Source of the DNA: Tubulanus polymorphus
Lineage: Eukaryota > Animalia > Nemertea
Assembly (NCBI RefSeq): GCF_964204645.1
Contig: NC_134028.1
Location: 13,523,653 to 13,587,652 of the forward strand
Length of the DNA: 64,000 nt
Reading direction: 5' to 3'
Position numbers and translations under genes: made by a program. Below the pieces are notes generated by a model. That model was not told the DNA's origin. It made no database searches and was given only the letters and a program-made list of their open reading frames with translations. Of this stretch, positions 49,101-64,000 are shown piece by piece; positions within the stretch are counted from its first letter, which is position 1, and the number at the start of each line of letters is the position of its first letter.

Positions 49101-52100
49101 AAAACGTCTTATCTCGCGCTGAACGACGTTTTTCGGTCCGAAAAGTGCTTTTCCTGACGATTTGAGCGCTTTTACGCATCGACATTGTCGTTTTCCCGAT
49201 AGGGGGAATATTCGATACGAAAACTTCTTTTCTCGCGCTGAACGACGTTATCGTCCGAAAGTGCTTTTCCTGACGATTTGAGCGCTTTTACGCATCGACA
49301 TTGTCGTTTTTCCGATAGGGGGAATATTTGATACGAAAACGTCTTTTCTCGCGCTGAACGACGTTTTCCGTCCGAAAAGTGCTTTTCCTGACGATTTGAG
49401 CGCTTTTTACGCTTTTTCCGATAGGGGGAATATCGATACGAAAACGTCTTTCTCGCGCTGAACGACGTTTTCGGTCCGAAAAGTGCTTTTCCTGACGATT
49501 TGAGCGCTTTTACGCTTTTTCCGATAGGGGGAATATTTGATACGAAAACGTCTTTTCTCGCGCTGATCGACGTTTTCGGGCCGAAAAGTGCTTTTCCTGA
49601 CGATTTGAGCGCTTTTACGCATCGACATTGTCGTTTTTCCGATAGGGGGAATATTTGATACGAAAACGTCTTTTCTCGCGCTGTACGACGTTTTCGCGTC
49701 GAAAAGTGCTTTTCCTGACGATTTGAGCGCTTTTACGCATCGACATTGTCGTTTTCCGATAGGGGGAATATTTGATACGAAAACGTCTTATCTCGCGCTG
49801 AACGACGTTTTCGGTCCGAAAAGTGCTTTTCCTGACGATTTGAGCGCTTTTACGCATCGACATTGTCGTTTTCCCGATAGGGGGAATATTTGATACGAAA
49901 ACGCCTTTTCTCGCGCTGAACGACGTTTTCGCGTCGAAAAGTGCTTTTCCTGACGATTTGAGCGCTTTTACGCATCGACATTGTCGTTTTTCCGATAGGG
50001 GAATATTTGATACGAAAACGTCTTTTCTCGCGCTGAACGACGTTTCGCGTCGAAAAGTGCTTTTCCTGACGATTTGAGCGCTTTTACGCATCGACATTGT
50101 CGTTTTTCCGATAGGGGGAATATTTGATACGAAAACGTCTTTTCTCGCGCTGAACGACGTTTTCGCGTCGAAAAGTGCTTTTCCTGACGATTTGAGCGCT
50201 TTTACGCATCGACATTGTCGTTTTTCCGATAGGGGGAATATTTGATACGAAAACGTCTTTTCTCGCGCTGAACGACGTTTTCGCGTCGAAAAGTGCTTTT
50301 CCTGACGATTTGAGCGCTTTTACGCATCGACATTGTCGTTTTTCCGATAGGGGGAATATTTGATACGAAAACGTCTTTCTCGCGCTGAACGACGTTTTCG
50401 CGTCGAAAAGTGCTTTTCCTGACGATTTGAGCGCTTTTACGCATCGACATTGTCGTTTTTCCGATAGGGGGAATATTTGATACGAAAACGTCTTTTCTCG
50501 CGCTGAACGACGTTTTCGCGTCGAAATGTGATTTTCCTGACGATTTGAGCGCTTTTACGCATCGACATTGTCGTTTTTCCGATAGGGGGGATATTTGATA
50601 CGAAAACGTCTTTTCTCGCGCTGAACGACGTTTTCGCGTCGAAAAGTGCTTTTCCTGACGATTTGAGCGCTTTTACGCATCGACATTGTCGTTTTTCCGA
50701 TAGGGGGAATATTTGATACGAAAACGTCTTTTCTCGCGCTGAACGACGTTTTCGCGTCGAAAAGTGCTTTTCCTGACGATTTGAGCGCTTTTACGCATCG
50801 ACATTGTCGTTTTTCCGATAGGGGGAATATTCGATACGAAAACGTCTTTTCTCGCGCTGAACGACGTTTTCGGTCCGAAAAGTGCTTTTCCTGACGATTT
50901 GAGCGCTTTTACGCATCGACATTGTCGTTTTTCCGATAGGGGGAATATTCGATACGAAAACGTCTTTTCTCGCGCTGAACGACGTTTTCGGTCCGAAAAG
51001 TGCTTTTCCTGACGATTTGAGCGCTTTTACGCATCGACATTGTCGTTTTTCCGATAGGGGGAATATTCGATACGAAAACTTCTTTTCTCGCGCTGAACGA
51101 CGTTTTCGGTCCGAAAAGTGCTTTTCCTGACGATTTGAGCGCTTTTACGCATCGACATTGTCGTTTTTCCGATAGGGGGAATATTCGATACGAAAACTTC
51201 TTTTCTCGCGCTGAACGACGTTATCGGTCCGAAAAGTGCTTTTCCTGACGATTTGAGCGCTTTTACGCATCGACATTGTCGTTTTTCCGATAGGGGGAAT
51301 ATTTGATACGAAAACGTCTTTTCTCGCGCTGAACGACGTTTTCCGTCCGAAAAGTGCTTTTCCTGACGATTTGAGCGCTTTTACGCATCGACATTGTCGT
51401 TTTTCCGATAGGGGGAATATTTGATACGAAAACGTCTTTTCTCGCGCTGAACGACGTTTTCCGTCCGAAAAGTGCTTTTCCTGACGATTTGAGCGCTTTT
51501 ACGCTTTTTCCGATAGGGGGAATATTTGATACGAAAACGTCTTTTCTCGCGCTGATCGACGTTTTCGGGCCGAAAAGTGCTTTTCCTGACGATTTGAGCG
51601 CTTTTACGCATCGACATTGTCGTTTTTCCGATAGGGGGAATATTTGATACGAAAACGTCTTTTCTCGCGCTGAACGACGTTTTCCGTCCGAAAAGTGCTT
51701 TTCCTGACGATTTGAGCGCTTTTACGCTTTTTCCGATAGGGGGAATATTTGATACGAAAACGTCTTTTCTCGCGCTGATCGACGTTTTCGGGCCGAAAAG
51801 TGCTTTTCCTGACGATTTGAGCGCTTTTACGCATCGACATTGTCGTTTTTCCGATAGGGGAATATTCGATACGAAAACGTCTTTTCTCGCGCTGAACGAC
51901 GTTTTCGGGCCGAAAAGTGCTTTTCCTGACGATTTGAGCGCTTTTACGCATCGACATCGTCGTTTTTCCGATAGGGGGAATATTTGATACGAAAACGTCT
52001 TTTCTCGCGCTGTACGACGTTTTCGCGTCGAAAAGTGCTTTTCCTGACGATTTGAGCGCTTTTACGCATCGACATTGTCGTTTTTCCGATAGGGGGAATA

Positions 52101-55100
52101 TTTGATACGAAAACGTCTTTTCTCGCGCTGAACGACGTTTTCGTGTCGAAAAGTGCTTTTCCTGACGATTTGAGCGCTTTTACGCGTCGACATTGTCGTT
52201 TTTCCGATAGGGGGAATATTCGATACGAAAACGTCTTTTCTCGCGCTGAACGACGTTTTCGGGCCGAAAAGTGCTTTTCCTGACGATTTGAGCGCTTTTA
52301 CGCATCGACATTGTCGTTTTTCCGATAGGGGGAATATTCGATACGAAAACGTCTTTTCTCGCGCTGAACGACGTTTTCGGGCCGAAAAGTGCTTTTCCTG
52401 ACGATTTGAGCGCTTTTACGCATCGACATTGTCGTTTTTCCGATAGGGGGAATATTCGATACGAAAACGTCTTTTCTCGCGCTGAACGACGTTTTCGGGC
52501 CGAAAAGTGCTTTTCCTGACGATTTGAGCGCTTTTACGCATCGACATTGTCGTTTTTCCGATAGGGGGAATATTTGATACGAAAACGTCTTTTCTCGCGC
52601 TGATCGACGTTTTCGGTCCGAAAAGTGCTTTTCCTGACGATTTGAGCGCTTTTTTACGCATCGACATTGTCGTTTTTCCGATAGGGGGAATATTTGATAC
52701 GAAAACCTCTTTTCTCGCGCTGATCGACGTTTTCGGGCCGAAAAGTGCTTTTCCTGACGATTTGAGCGTATTTACGCATCGACATTGTCGTTTTTCCGAT
52801 AGGGGGAATATTCGATACGAAAACGTCTTTTCTCGCGCTGAACGACGTTTTCGGGCCGAAAAGTGCTTTTCCTGACGATTTGAGCGCTTTTACGCATCGA
52901 CATTGTCGTTTTTCCGATAGGGGGAATATTTGATACGAAAACGTCTTTTCTCGCGCTGAACGACGTTTTCGGGCCGAAAAGTGCTTTTCCTGACGATTTG
53001 AGCGCTTTTACGCATCGACATTGTCGTTTTTCCGATAGGGGGAATATTTGATACGAAAACGTCTTTTCTCGCGCTGTACGACGTTTTCGCGTCGAAAAGT
53101 GCTTTTCCTGACGATTTGAGCGCTTTTACGCATCGACATTGTCGTTTTTCCGATAGGGGGAATATTCGATACGAAAACGTCTTTTCTCGCGCTGAACGAC
53201 GTTTTCGGTCCGAAAAGTGCTTTTCCTGACGATTTGAGCGCTTTTACGCATCGACATTGTCGTTTTCCCGATAGGGGGAATATTCGATACGAAAACGTCT
53301 TTTCTCGCGCTGAACGACGTTTTCGGGCCGAAAAGTGCTTTTCCTGACGATTTGAGCGCTTTTACGCATCGACATTGTCGTTTTTCCGATAGGGGGAATA
53401 TTTGATACGAAAACGTCTTTTCTCGCGCTGAACGACGTTTTCGGTCCGAAAAGTGCTTTTCCTGACGATTTGAGCGCTTTTACGCATCGACATTGTCGTT
53501 TTTCCGATAGGGGGAATATTGGATACGAAAACGTCTTTTCTCGCGCTGAACGACGTTATCGGTCCGAAAAGTGCTTTTCCTGACGATTTGAGCGCTTTTA
53601 CGCATCGACATTGTCGTTTTTCCGATAGGGGGAATATTTGACACGAAAACGTCTTTTCTCGCGCTGAACGACGTTTTCGCGTCGAAAAGTGCTTTTCCTG
53701 ACGATTTGAGCGCTTTTACGCATCGACATTGTCGTTTTTCCGATAGGGGGAATATTTGACACGAAAACGTCTTTTCTCGCGCTGAACGACGTTTTCCGTC
53801 CGAAACGTGCTTTTCCTGACGTTTTGAGCGCTTTTACGCTTTTTCCGATAGGGGGAATATTTGACACGAAAACGTCTTTTCTCGCGCTGAACGACGTTTT
53901 CGGTCCGAAAAGTGCTTTTCCTGACGATTTGAGCGCTTTTACGCATCGACATTGTCGTTTTTCCGATAGGGGGAATATTTGATACGAAAACGTCTTTTCT
54001 CGCGCTGAACGACGTTTTCCGTCCGAAAAGTGCTTTTCCTGACGATTTGAGCGCTTTTATGCTCTTTCCGATAGGGGGAATATTCGATACGAAAACGTCT
54101 TTTCTCGCGCTGAACGACGTTTTTGGTCCGAAAAGTGCTTTTCCTGACGATTTGAGTGCTTTTACGCTTTTTCCGATAGGGGGAATATTTGATACGAAAA
54201 CGTCTTTTCTCGCGCTCAACGACGTTATCGGTCCGAAAAGTGCTTTTCCTGACGATTTGAGCGCTTTTACGCATCGACATTGTCGTTTTTCCGATAGGGG
54301 GAATATTTGATACGAAAACCTCTTTTCTCGCGCTGATCGACGTTTTCGGGCCGAAAAGTGCTTTTCCTGACGATTTGAGCGTATTTACGCATCGACATTG
54401 TCGTTTTTCCGATAGGGGGAATATTTGACACAAAAACGTCTTTTCTCGCGCTGAACGACGTTTTCCGTACGAAAAGTGCTTTTCCTGACGATTTGAGCGC
54501 TTTTACGCATCGACATTGTCGTTTTTCCGATAGGGGGAATATTTGATACGAAAACGTCTTTTCTCGCGCTGAACGACGTTTTCGGTCCGAAAAGTGCTTT
54601 TCCTGACGATTTGAGCGCTTTTACGCATCGACATTGTCGTTTTTCCGATAGGGGGAATATTTGATACGAAAACGTCTTTTCTCGCGCTGAACGACGTTTT
54701 CGGTCCGAAAAGTGCTTTTCCTGACGATTTGAGCGCTTTTACGCTTTTTCCGATAGGGGGAATATTTGATACGAAAACGACTTTTCTCGCGCTGATCAAC
54801 GTTTTCGGTCCGAAAAGTGCTTTTCCTGACGATTTGAGCGCTTTTACGCATCGACATTGTCGTTTTTCCGATAGGGGGAATATTCGATACGAAAACTTCT
54901 TTTCTCGCGCTGAACGACGTTTTCGGTCCGAAAAGTGCTTTTCCTGACGATTTGAGCGCTTTTACGCATCGACATTGTCGTTTTTCCGATAGGGGGAATA
55001 TTCGATACGAAAACTTCTTTTCTCGCGCTGAACGACGTTATCGGTCCGAAAAGTGCTTTTCCTGACGATTTGAGCGCTTTTACGCATCGACATTGTCGTT

Positions 55101-58100
55101 TTTCCGATAGGGGGAATATTTGATACGAAAACGTCTTTTCTCGCGCTGAACGACGTTTTCCGTCCGAAAAGTGCTTTTCCTGACGATTTGAGCGCTTTTA
55201 CGCTTTTTCCGATAGGGGGAATATTCGATACGAAAACGTCTTTTCTCGCGCTGAACGACGTTTTCGGTCCGAAAAGTGCTTTTCCTGACGATTTGAGCGC
55301 TTTTACGCTTTTTCCGATAGGGGGAATATTTGATACGAAAACGTCTTTTCTCGCGCTGATCGACGTTTTCGGGCCGAAAAGTGCTTTTCCTGACGATTTG
55401 AGCGCTTTTACGCATCGACATTGTCGTTTTTCCGATAGGGGAATATTCGATACGAAAACGTCTTTTCTCGCGCTGAACGACGTTTTCGGGCCGAAAAGTG
55501 CTTTTCCTGACGATTTGAGCGCTTTTACGCATCGACATCGTCGTTTTTCCGATAGGGGGAATATTTGATACGAAAACGTCTTTTCTCGCGCTGTACGACG
55601 TTTTCGCGTCGAAAAGTGCTTTTCCTGACGATTTGAGCGCTTTTACGCATCGACATTGTCGTTTTTCCGATAGGGGGAATATTTGATACGAAAACGTCTT
55701 TTCTCGCGCTGAACGACGTTTTCGTGTCGAAAAGTGCTTTTCCTGACGATTTGAGCGCTTTTACGCGTCGACATTGTCGTTTTTCCGATAGGGGGAATAT
55801 TTGATACGAAAACGTCTTTTCTCGCGCTGAACGACGTTTTCGGGCCGAAAAGTGCTTTTCCTGACGATTTGAGCGCTTTTACGCATCGACATTGTCGTTT
55901 TTCCGATAGGGGGAATATTCGATACGAAAACGTCTTTTCTCGCGCTGAACGACGTTTTCGGGCCGAAAAGTGCTTTTCCTGACGATTTGAGCGCTTTTAC
56001 GCATCGACATTGTCGTTTTTCCGATAGGGGGAATATTCGATACGAAAACGTCTTTTCTCGCGCTGAACGACGTTTTCGGGCCGAAAAGTGCTTTTCCTGA
56101 CGATTTGAGCGCTTTTACGCATCGACATTGTCGTTTTTCCGATAGGGGGAATATTTGATACGAAAACGTCTTTTCTCGCGCTGATCGACGTTTTCGGTCC
56201 GAAAAGTGCTTTTCCTGACGATTTGAGCGCTTTTTTACGCATCGACATTGTCGTTTTTCCGATAGGGGGAATATTTGATACGAAAACCGCTTTTCTCGCG
56301 CTGATCGACGTTTTCGGGCCGAAAAGTGCTTTTCCTGACGATTTGAGCGTATTTACGCATCGACATTGTCGTTTTTCCGATAGGGGGAATATTCGATACG
56401 AAAACGTCTTTTCTCGCGCTGAACGACGTTTTCGGGCCGAAAAGTGCTTTTCCTGACGATTTGAGCGCTTTTACGCATCGACATTGTCGTTTTTCCGATA
56501 GGGGGAATATTTGATACGAAAACGTCTTTTCTCGCGCTGAACGACGTTTTCGGGCCGAAAAGTGCTTTTCCTGACGATTTGAGCGCTTTTACGCATCGAC
56601 ATTGTCGTTTTTCCGATAGGGGGAATATTTGATACGAAAACGTCTTTTCTCGCGCTGTACGACGTTTTCGCGTCGAAAAGTGCTTTTCCTGACGATTTGA
56701 GCGCTTTTACGCATCGACATTGTCGTTTTTCCGATAGGGGGAATATTCGATACGAAAACGTCTTTTCTCGCGCTGAACGACGTTTTCGGTCCGAAAAGTG
56801 CTTTTCCTGACGATTTGAGCGCTTTTACGCATCGACATTGTCGTTTTCCCGATAGGGGGAATATTCGATACGAAAACGTCTTTTCTCGCGCTGAACGACG
56901 TTTTCGGGCCGAAAAGTGCTTTTCCTGACGATTTGAGCGCTTTTACGCATCGACATTGTCGTTTTTCCGATAGGGGGAATATTTGATACGAAAACGTCTT
57001 TTCTCGCGCTGAACGACGTTTTCGGTCCGAAAAGTGCTTTTCCTGACGATTTGAGCGCTTTTACGCATCGACATTGTCGTTTTTCCGATAGGGGGAATAT
57101 TGGATACGAAAACGTCTTTTCTCGCGCTGAACGACGTTATCGGTCCGAAAAGTGCTTTTCCTGACGATTTGAGCGCTTTTACGCATCGACATTGTCGTTT
57201 TTCCGATAGGGGGAATATTTGACACGAAAACGTCTTTTCTCGCGCTGAACGACGTTTTCGCGTCGAAAAGTGCTTTTCCTGACGATTTGAGCGCTTTTAC
57301 GCATCGACATTGTCGTTTTTCCGATAGGGGGAATATTTGACACGAAAACGTCTTTTCTCGCGCTGAACGACGTTTTCCGTCCGAAACGTGCTTTTCCTGA
57401 CGTTTTGAGCGCTTTTACGCTTTTTCCGATAGGGGGAATATTTGACACGAAAACGTCTTTTCTCGCGCTGAACGACGTTTTCGGTCCGAAAAGTGCTTTT
57501 CCTGACGATTTGAGCGCTTTTACGCATCGACATTGTCGTTTTTCCGATAGGGGGAATATTTGATACGAAAACGTCTTTTCTCGCGCTGAACGACGTTTTC
57601 CGTCCGAAAAGTGCTTTTCCTGACGATTTGAGCGCTTTTATGCTCTTTCCGATAGGGGGAATATTCGATACGAAAACGTCTTTTCTCGCGCTGAACGACG
57701 TTTTTGGTCCGAAAAGTGCTTTTCCTGACGATTTGAGTGCTTTTACGCTTTTTCCGATAGGGGGAATATTTGATACGAAAACGTCTTTTCTCGCGCTCAA
57801 CGACGTTATCGGTCCGAAAAGTGCTTTTCCTGACGATTTGAGCGCTTTTACGCATCGACATTGTCGTTTTTCCGATAGGGGGAATATTTGATACGAAAAC
57901 CTCTTTTCTCGCGCTGATCGACGTTTTCGGGCCGAAAAGTGCTTTTCCTGACGATTTGAGCGTATTTACGCATCGACATTGTCGTTTTTCCGATAGGGGG
58001 AATATTTGACACAAAAACGTCTTTTCTCGCGCTGAACGACGTTTTCCGTACGAAAAGTGCTTTTCCTGACGATTTGAGCGCTTTTACGCATCGACATTGT

Positions 58101-61100
58101 CGTTTTTCCGATAGGGGGAATATTTGATACGAAAACGTCTTTTCTCGCGCTGAACGACGTTTTCGGTCCGAAAAGTGCTTTTCCTGACGATTTGAGCGCT
58201 TTTACGCATCGACATTGTCGTTTTTCCGATAGGGGGAATATTTGATACGAAAACGTCTTTTCTCGCGCTGAACGACGTTTTCGGTCCGAAAAGTGCTTTT
58301 CCTGACGATTTGAGCGCTTTTACGCTTTTTCCGATAGGGGGAATATTTGATACGAAAACGACTTTTCTCGCGCTGATCAACGTTTTCGGGCCGAAAAGTG
58401 CTTTTCCTGACGATTTGAGCGTTTTTACGCATCGACATTGTCGTTTTTCCGATAGGGGGAATATTTGATACGAAAACGTCTTTTCTCGCGCTGAACGACG
58501 TTTTCCGTCCGAAAAGTGCTTTTCCTGACGATTTGAGCGCTTTTATGCTTTTTCCGATAGGGGGAATATTCGATACGAAAACGTCTTTTCTCGCGCTGAA
58601 CGACGTTTTCGGTCCGAAAAGTGCTTTTCCTGACGATTTGAGTGCTTTTACGCTTTTTCCGATAGGGGGAATATTTGATACGAAAACGTCTTTTCTCGCG
58701 CTGAACGACGTTATCGGTCCGAAAAGTGCTTTTCCTGACGATTTGAGCGCTTTTACGCATCGACATTGTCGTTGTTCCGATAGGGGGAATATTTGATACG
58801 AAAACCTCTTTTCTCGCGCTGATCGACGTTTTCGGGCCGAAAAGTGCTTTTCCTGACGATTTGAGCGTATTTACGCATCGACATTGTCGTTTTTCCGATA
58901 GGGGGAATATTTGACACGAAAACGTCTTTTCTCGCGCTGAACGTCGTTTTCCGTCCGAAAAGTGCTTTTCCTGACGTTTTGAGCGCTTTTACGCTTTTTC
59001 CGATAGGGGGAATATTCGATACGAAAACGTCTTTTCTCGCGCTGAACGACGTTTTCGGTCCGAAAAGTGCTTTTCCTGACGATTTGAGCGCTTTTACGCT
59101 TTTTCCGATAGGGGGAATATTTGATACGAAAACGTCTTTTCTCGCGCTGATCGACGTTTTCGGGCCGAAAAGTGCTTTTCCTGACGATTTGAGCGCTTTT
59201 ACGCATCGACATTGTCGTTTTTCCGATTGGGGGAATATTCGATACGAAAACGTCTTTTCTCGCGCCGAACGACGTTTTCGGGCCGAAAAGTGCTTTTCCT
59301 GACGATTTGAGCGCTTTTACGCATCGACATTGTCGTTTTTCCGACAGGGGGAATATTTGATACGAAAACGTCTTTTCTCGCGCTGTACGACATTTTCGCG
59401 TCGAAAAGTGCTTTTCCTGACGATTTGAGCGCTTTTACGCATCGACATTGTCGTTTTTCCGATAGGGGGAATATTTGATACGAAAACGTCTTTTCTCGCG
59501 CTGAACAACGTTTTCGGTCCGAAAAGTGCTTTTCCTGACGATTTGAGCGCTTTTACGCATCGACATTGTCGTTTTCCCGATAGGGGGAATATTTGATACG
59601 AAAACGTCTTTTCTCGCGCTGAACGACGTTTTCGCGTCGAAAAGTGCTTTTCCTGACGATTTGAGCGCTTTTACGCATCGACATTGTCGTTTTTCCGATA
59701 GGGGGAATATTTGATACGAAAACGTCTTTTCTCGCGCTGAACGACGTTTTCGGTCCGAAAAGTGCTTTTCCTGACGATTTGAGCGCTTTTACGCATCGAC
59801 ATTGTCGTTTTTCCGATAGGGGGAATATTTGATACGAAAACGTCTTTTCTCGCGCTGAACGACGTTTTCGGTCCGAAAAGTGCTTTTCCTGGCGATTTGA
59901 GCGCTTTTACGCATCGACATTGTCGCTTTTCCGATGGGGGGAATATTTGATACGAAAACGTCTTTTCTCGCGCTGAACGACGTTTTCGGTCCGAAAAGTG
60001 CTTTTCCTGACGATTTGAGGGCTTTTACGCATCGACATTGTCGTTTTTCCGATAGGGGGAATATTTGATACGAAAACGTCTTTTCTCGCGCTGATCGACG
60101 TTTTCGGTCCGAAAAGTGCTTTTCCTGACGATTTGAGCGCTTTTTTACGCATCGACATTGTCGTTTTTCCGATAGGGGGAATATTTGATACGAAAACCTC
60201 TTTTCTCGCGCTGATCGACGTTTTCGGGCCGAAAAGTGCTTTTCCTGACGATTTGAGCGTATTTACGCATCGACATTGTCGTTTTTCCGATAGGGGGAAT
60301 ATTTGATACGAAAACGTCTTTTCTCGCGCTGAACGACGTTTTCGGGCCGAAAAGTGCTTTTCCTGACGATTTGAGCGCTTTTACGCATCGACATTGTCGT
60401 TTTTCCGATAGGGGGAATATTTGATACGAAAACGTCTTTTCTCGCGCTGAACGACGTTTTCGGGCCGAAAAGTGCTTTTCCTGACGATTTGAGCGCTTTT
60501 ACGCATCGACATTGTCGTTTTTCCGATAGGGGGAATATTTGATACGAAAACGTCTTTTCTCGCGCTGAACGACGTTTTCGGTCCGAAAAGTGCTTTTCCT
60601 GACGATTTGAGCGCTTTTACGCATCGACATTGTCGTTTTTCCGATAGGGGGAATATTTGATACGAAAACGTCTTTTCTCGCGCTGAACGACGTTTTCGGT
60701 CCGAAAAGTGCTTTTCCTGACGATTTGAGCGCTTTTACGCATCGACATTGTCGTTTTTCCGATAGGGGGAATATTTGACACGAAAACGTCTTTTCTCGCG
60801 CTGAACGACGTTTTCGCGTCGAAAAGTGCTTTTCCTGACGATTTGAGCGCTTATACGCATCGACATTGTCGTTTTTCCGATAGGGGGAATATTTGATACG
60901 AAAACGTCTTTTCTCGCGCTGAACGACGTTTTCCGTCCGAAAAGTGCTTTTCCTGACGATTTGAGCGCTTTTACGCTTTTTCCGATAGGGGGAATATTCG
61001 ATACGAAAACGTCTTTTCTCGCGCTGAACGACGTTTTCGGTCCGAAAAGTGCTTTTCTTGACGATTTGAGCGCTTTTACGCTTTTTCCGATAGGGGGAAT

Positions 61101-64000
61101 ATTCGATACGAAAACGTCTTTTCTCGCGCTGAACGACGTTTTCGGGCCGAAAAGTGCTTTTCCTGACGATTTGAGCGCTTTTACGCATCGACATTGTCGT
61201 TTTTCCGATAGGGGGAATATTTGATACGAAAACGTCTTTTCTCGCGCTGAACGACGTTTTCCGTCCGAAAAGTGCTTTTCCTGACGATTTGAGCGCTTTT
61301 ATGCTTTTTCCGATAGGGGGAATATTCGATACGAAAACGTCTTTTCTCGCGCTGAACGACGTTTTCGGTCCGAAAAGTGCTTTTCCTGACGATTTGAGCG
61401 CTTTTACGCTTTTTCCGATAGGGGGAATATTTGATACGAAAACGTCTTTTCTCGCGCTGAACGACGTTATCGGTCCGAAAAGTGCTTTTCCTGACGATTT
61501 GAGCGCTTTTACGCATCGACATTGTCGTTTTTCCGATAGGGGGAATATTTGATACGAAAACCTCTTTTCTCGCGCTGATCGACGTTTTCGGGCCGAAAAG
61601 TGCTTTTCCTGACGATTTGAGCGTATTTACGCATCGACATTGTCGTTTTTCCGATAGGGGGAATATTCGATACGAAAACGTCTTTTCTCGCGCTGAACGA
61701 CGTTTTCGGGCCGAAAAGTGCTTTTCCTGACGATTTGAGCGCTTTTACGCATCGAAATTGTCGTTTTTCCGATAGGGGGAATATTCGATACGAAAACGTC
61801 TTTTCTCGCGCTGAACGACGTTATCGGTCCGAAAAGTGCTTTTCCTGACGATTTGAGCGCTTTTACGCATCGACATTGTCGTTTTTCCGATAGGGGGAAT
61901 ATTTGATACGAAAACGTCTTTTCTCGCGCTGATCGACGTTTTCGGGCCGAAAAGTGCTTTTCCTGACGATTTGAGCGTATTTACGCATCGACATTGTCGT
62001 TTTTCCGATAGGGGGAATATTCGATACGAAAACGACTTTTCTCGCGCTGAACGACGTTTTAGGGCCGAAAAGTGCTTTTCCTGACGATTTGAGCGCTTTT
62101 ACGCATCGAAATTGTCGTTTTTCCGATAGGGGGAATATTCGATACGAAAACGTCTTTTCTCGCGCTGAACGACGTTTTCGGGCCGAAAAGTGCTTTTCCT
62201 GACGATTTGAGCGCTTTTACGCATCGACATTGTCGTTTTTCCGATAGGGGGAATATTCGATACGAAAACGTCTTTTCTCGCGCTGAACGACGTTTTCGGG
62301 CCGAAAAGTGCTTTTCCTGACGATTTGAGCGCTTTTACGCATCGACATTGTCGTTTTTCCGATAGGGGGAATATTCGATACGAAAACGTCTTTTCTCGCG
62401 CTGAACGACGTTATCGGTCCGAAAAGTGCTTTTCCTGACGATTTGAGCGCTTTTACGCTTTTTCCGATAGGGGGAATATTTGATACGAAAACGTCTTTTC
62501 TCGCGCTGTACGACGTTTTCGCGTCGAAAAGTGCTTTTCCTGACGATTTGAGCGCTTTTACGCATCGACATTGTCGTTTTTCCGATAGGGGGAATATTTG
62601 ATACGAAAACGTCTTTTCTCGCGCTGAACGACGTTTTCGTGTCGAAAAGTGCTTTTCCTGACGATTTGAGCGCTTTTACGCGTCGACATTGTCGTTTTTC
62701 CGATAGGGGGAATATTTGATACGAAAACGTCTTTTCTCGCGCTGAACGACGTTTTCGGGCCGAAAAGTGCTTTTCCTGACGATTTGAGCGTATTTACGCA
62801 TCGACATTGTCGTTTTTCCGATAGGGGGAATATTCGATACGAAAACGTCTTTTCTCGCGCTGAACGACGTTTTCGGGCCGAAAAGTGCTTTTCCTGACGA
62901 TTTGAGCGCTTTTACGCATCGAAATTGTCGTTTTTCCGATAGGGGGAATATTCGATACGAAAACGTCTTTTCTCGCGCTGAACGACGTTATCGGTCCGAA
63001 AAGTGCTTTTCCTGACGATTTGAGCGCTTTTACGCATCGACATTGTCGTTTTTCCGATAGGGGGAATATTCGATACGAAAACGTCTTTTCTCGCGCTGAA
63101 CGACGTTTTCGGGCCGAAAAGTGCTTTTCCTGACGATTTGAGCGCTTTTACGCATCGACATTGTCGTTTTTCCGATAGGGGGAATATTCGATACGAAAAC
63201 GTCTTTTCTCGCGCTGAACGACGTTATCGGTCTGAAAAGTGCTTTTCCTGACGATTTGAGCGCTTTTACGCATCGACATTGTCGTTTTTCCGATAGGGGG
63301 AATATTTGACACGAAAACGTCTTTTCTAGCGCTGAACGACGTTTTCGCGTCGAAAAGTGCTTTTCCTGACGATTAGAGCGCTTTTACGCATCGACATTGT
63401 CGTTTTTCCGATAGGGGGAATATTTGATACGAAAACGTCTTTTCTCGCGCTGAACGACGTTTTCGGTCCGAAAAGTGCTTTTCCTGACGATTTGAGCGCT
63501 TTTACGCATCGACATTGTCGTTTTTCCGATAGGGGGAATATTTGATACGAAAACGTCTTTTCTCGCGCTGAACGACGTTTTCGGTCCGAAAAGTGCTTTT
63601 CCTGACGATTTGAGAGCTTTTACGCATCGACATTGTCGTTTTTCCGATAGGGGGAATATTTGACACGAAAACGTCTTTTCTCGCGCTGAACGACGTTTTC
63701 GCGTCGAAAAGTGCTTTTCCTGACGATTTGAGCGCTTATACGCATCGACATTGTCGTTTTTCCGATAGGGGGAATATTTGATACGAAAACGTCTTTTCTC
63801 GCGCTGAACGACGTTTTCCGTCCGAAAAGTGCTTTTCCTGACGATTTGAGCGCTTTTACGCTTTTTCCGATAGGGGGAATATTCGATACGAAAACGTCTT
63901 TTCTCGCGCTGAACGACGTTTTCGGTCCGAAAAGTGCTTTTCCTGACGATTTGAGCGCTTTTACGCTTTTTCCGATAGGGGGAATATTTGATACGAAAAC
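37196..64000. repeat. Satellite DNA array, right part (same 118/105-bp family, same orientation)
   Basis: Resumes at AAAAGTGCTTTTCC, exactly where the interrupted monomer broke off at 32308-32312, and runs off the right edge. Confidence 0.98.
51700..58400. repeat. Tandem higher-order duplication within the satellite, period 3581 bp (boundaries approximate)
   Basis: Matching variant blocks at 52416/55997, 53598/57179 and 54503/58084. The rare variant GACATCGTCG is at ~51953 and ~55534. Confidence 0.85.

Noticed and set aside
673-63545. Numerous ORFs of the type MSMRKSAQIVRK... / MSAFTLFPIGG...
   Set aside because: They are translations of the satellite. They stay open mainly where 105-bp (3n) monomers or indels bypass stops, and they show no protein-family features.
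1-64000. CRISPR array or other prokaryotic system
   Set aside because: Units are contiguous near-identical monomers with no unique spacers, and there are no cas genes. The only genes belong to a eukaryotic retrotransposon.

Overview
This window is eukaryotic tandem satellite DNA: a 118-bp CpG-rich, dyad-rich monomer plus a 105-bp deletion variant, all in one orientation and showing nested kb-scale duplications. It is interrupted once, at about 32.3-37.2 kb, by a full-length ~4.9-kb tyrosine-recombinase retrotransposon of the Ngaro type (DIRS order). The element has split direct repeats in the order A1-[gag, RT/RNase H, YR]-B1-A2-B2. It sits inside the AAAA of one monomer, and the A-run counts fit conservative recombination with the B|A junction. 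Its repeats are nearly identical (recent insertion), but its YR gene is frameshifted and has lost a catalytic Arg. The non-coding ends carry several structures: a ~21-bp inverted repeat across the B|A junction, four co-varying bulged-A hairpins in each B repeat, and 54-bp hairpin repeats in the leader. All other ORFs in the track are artefacts of the satellite or antisense shadows. The organism cannot be identified from the sequence.
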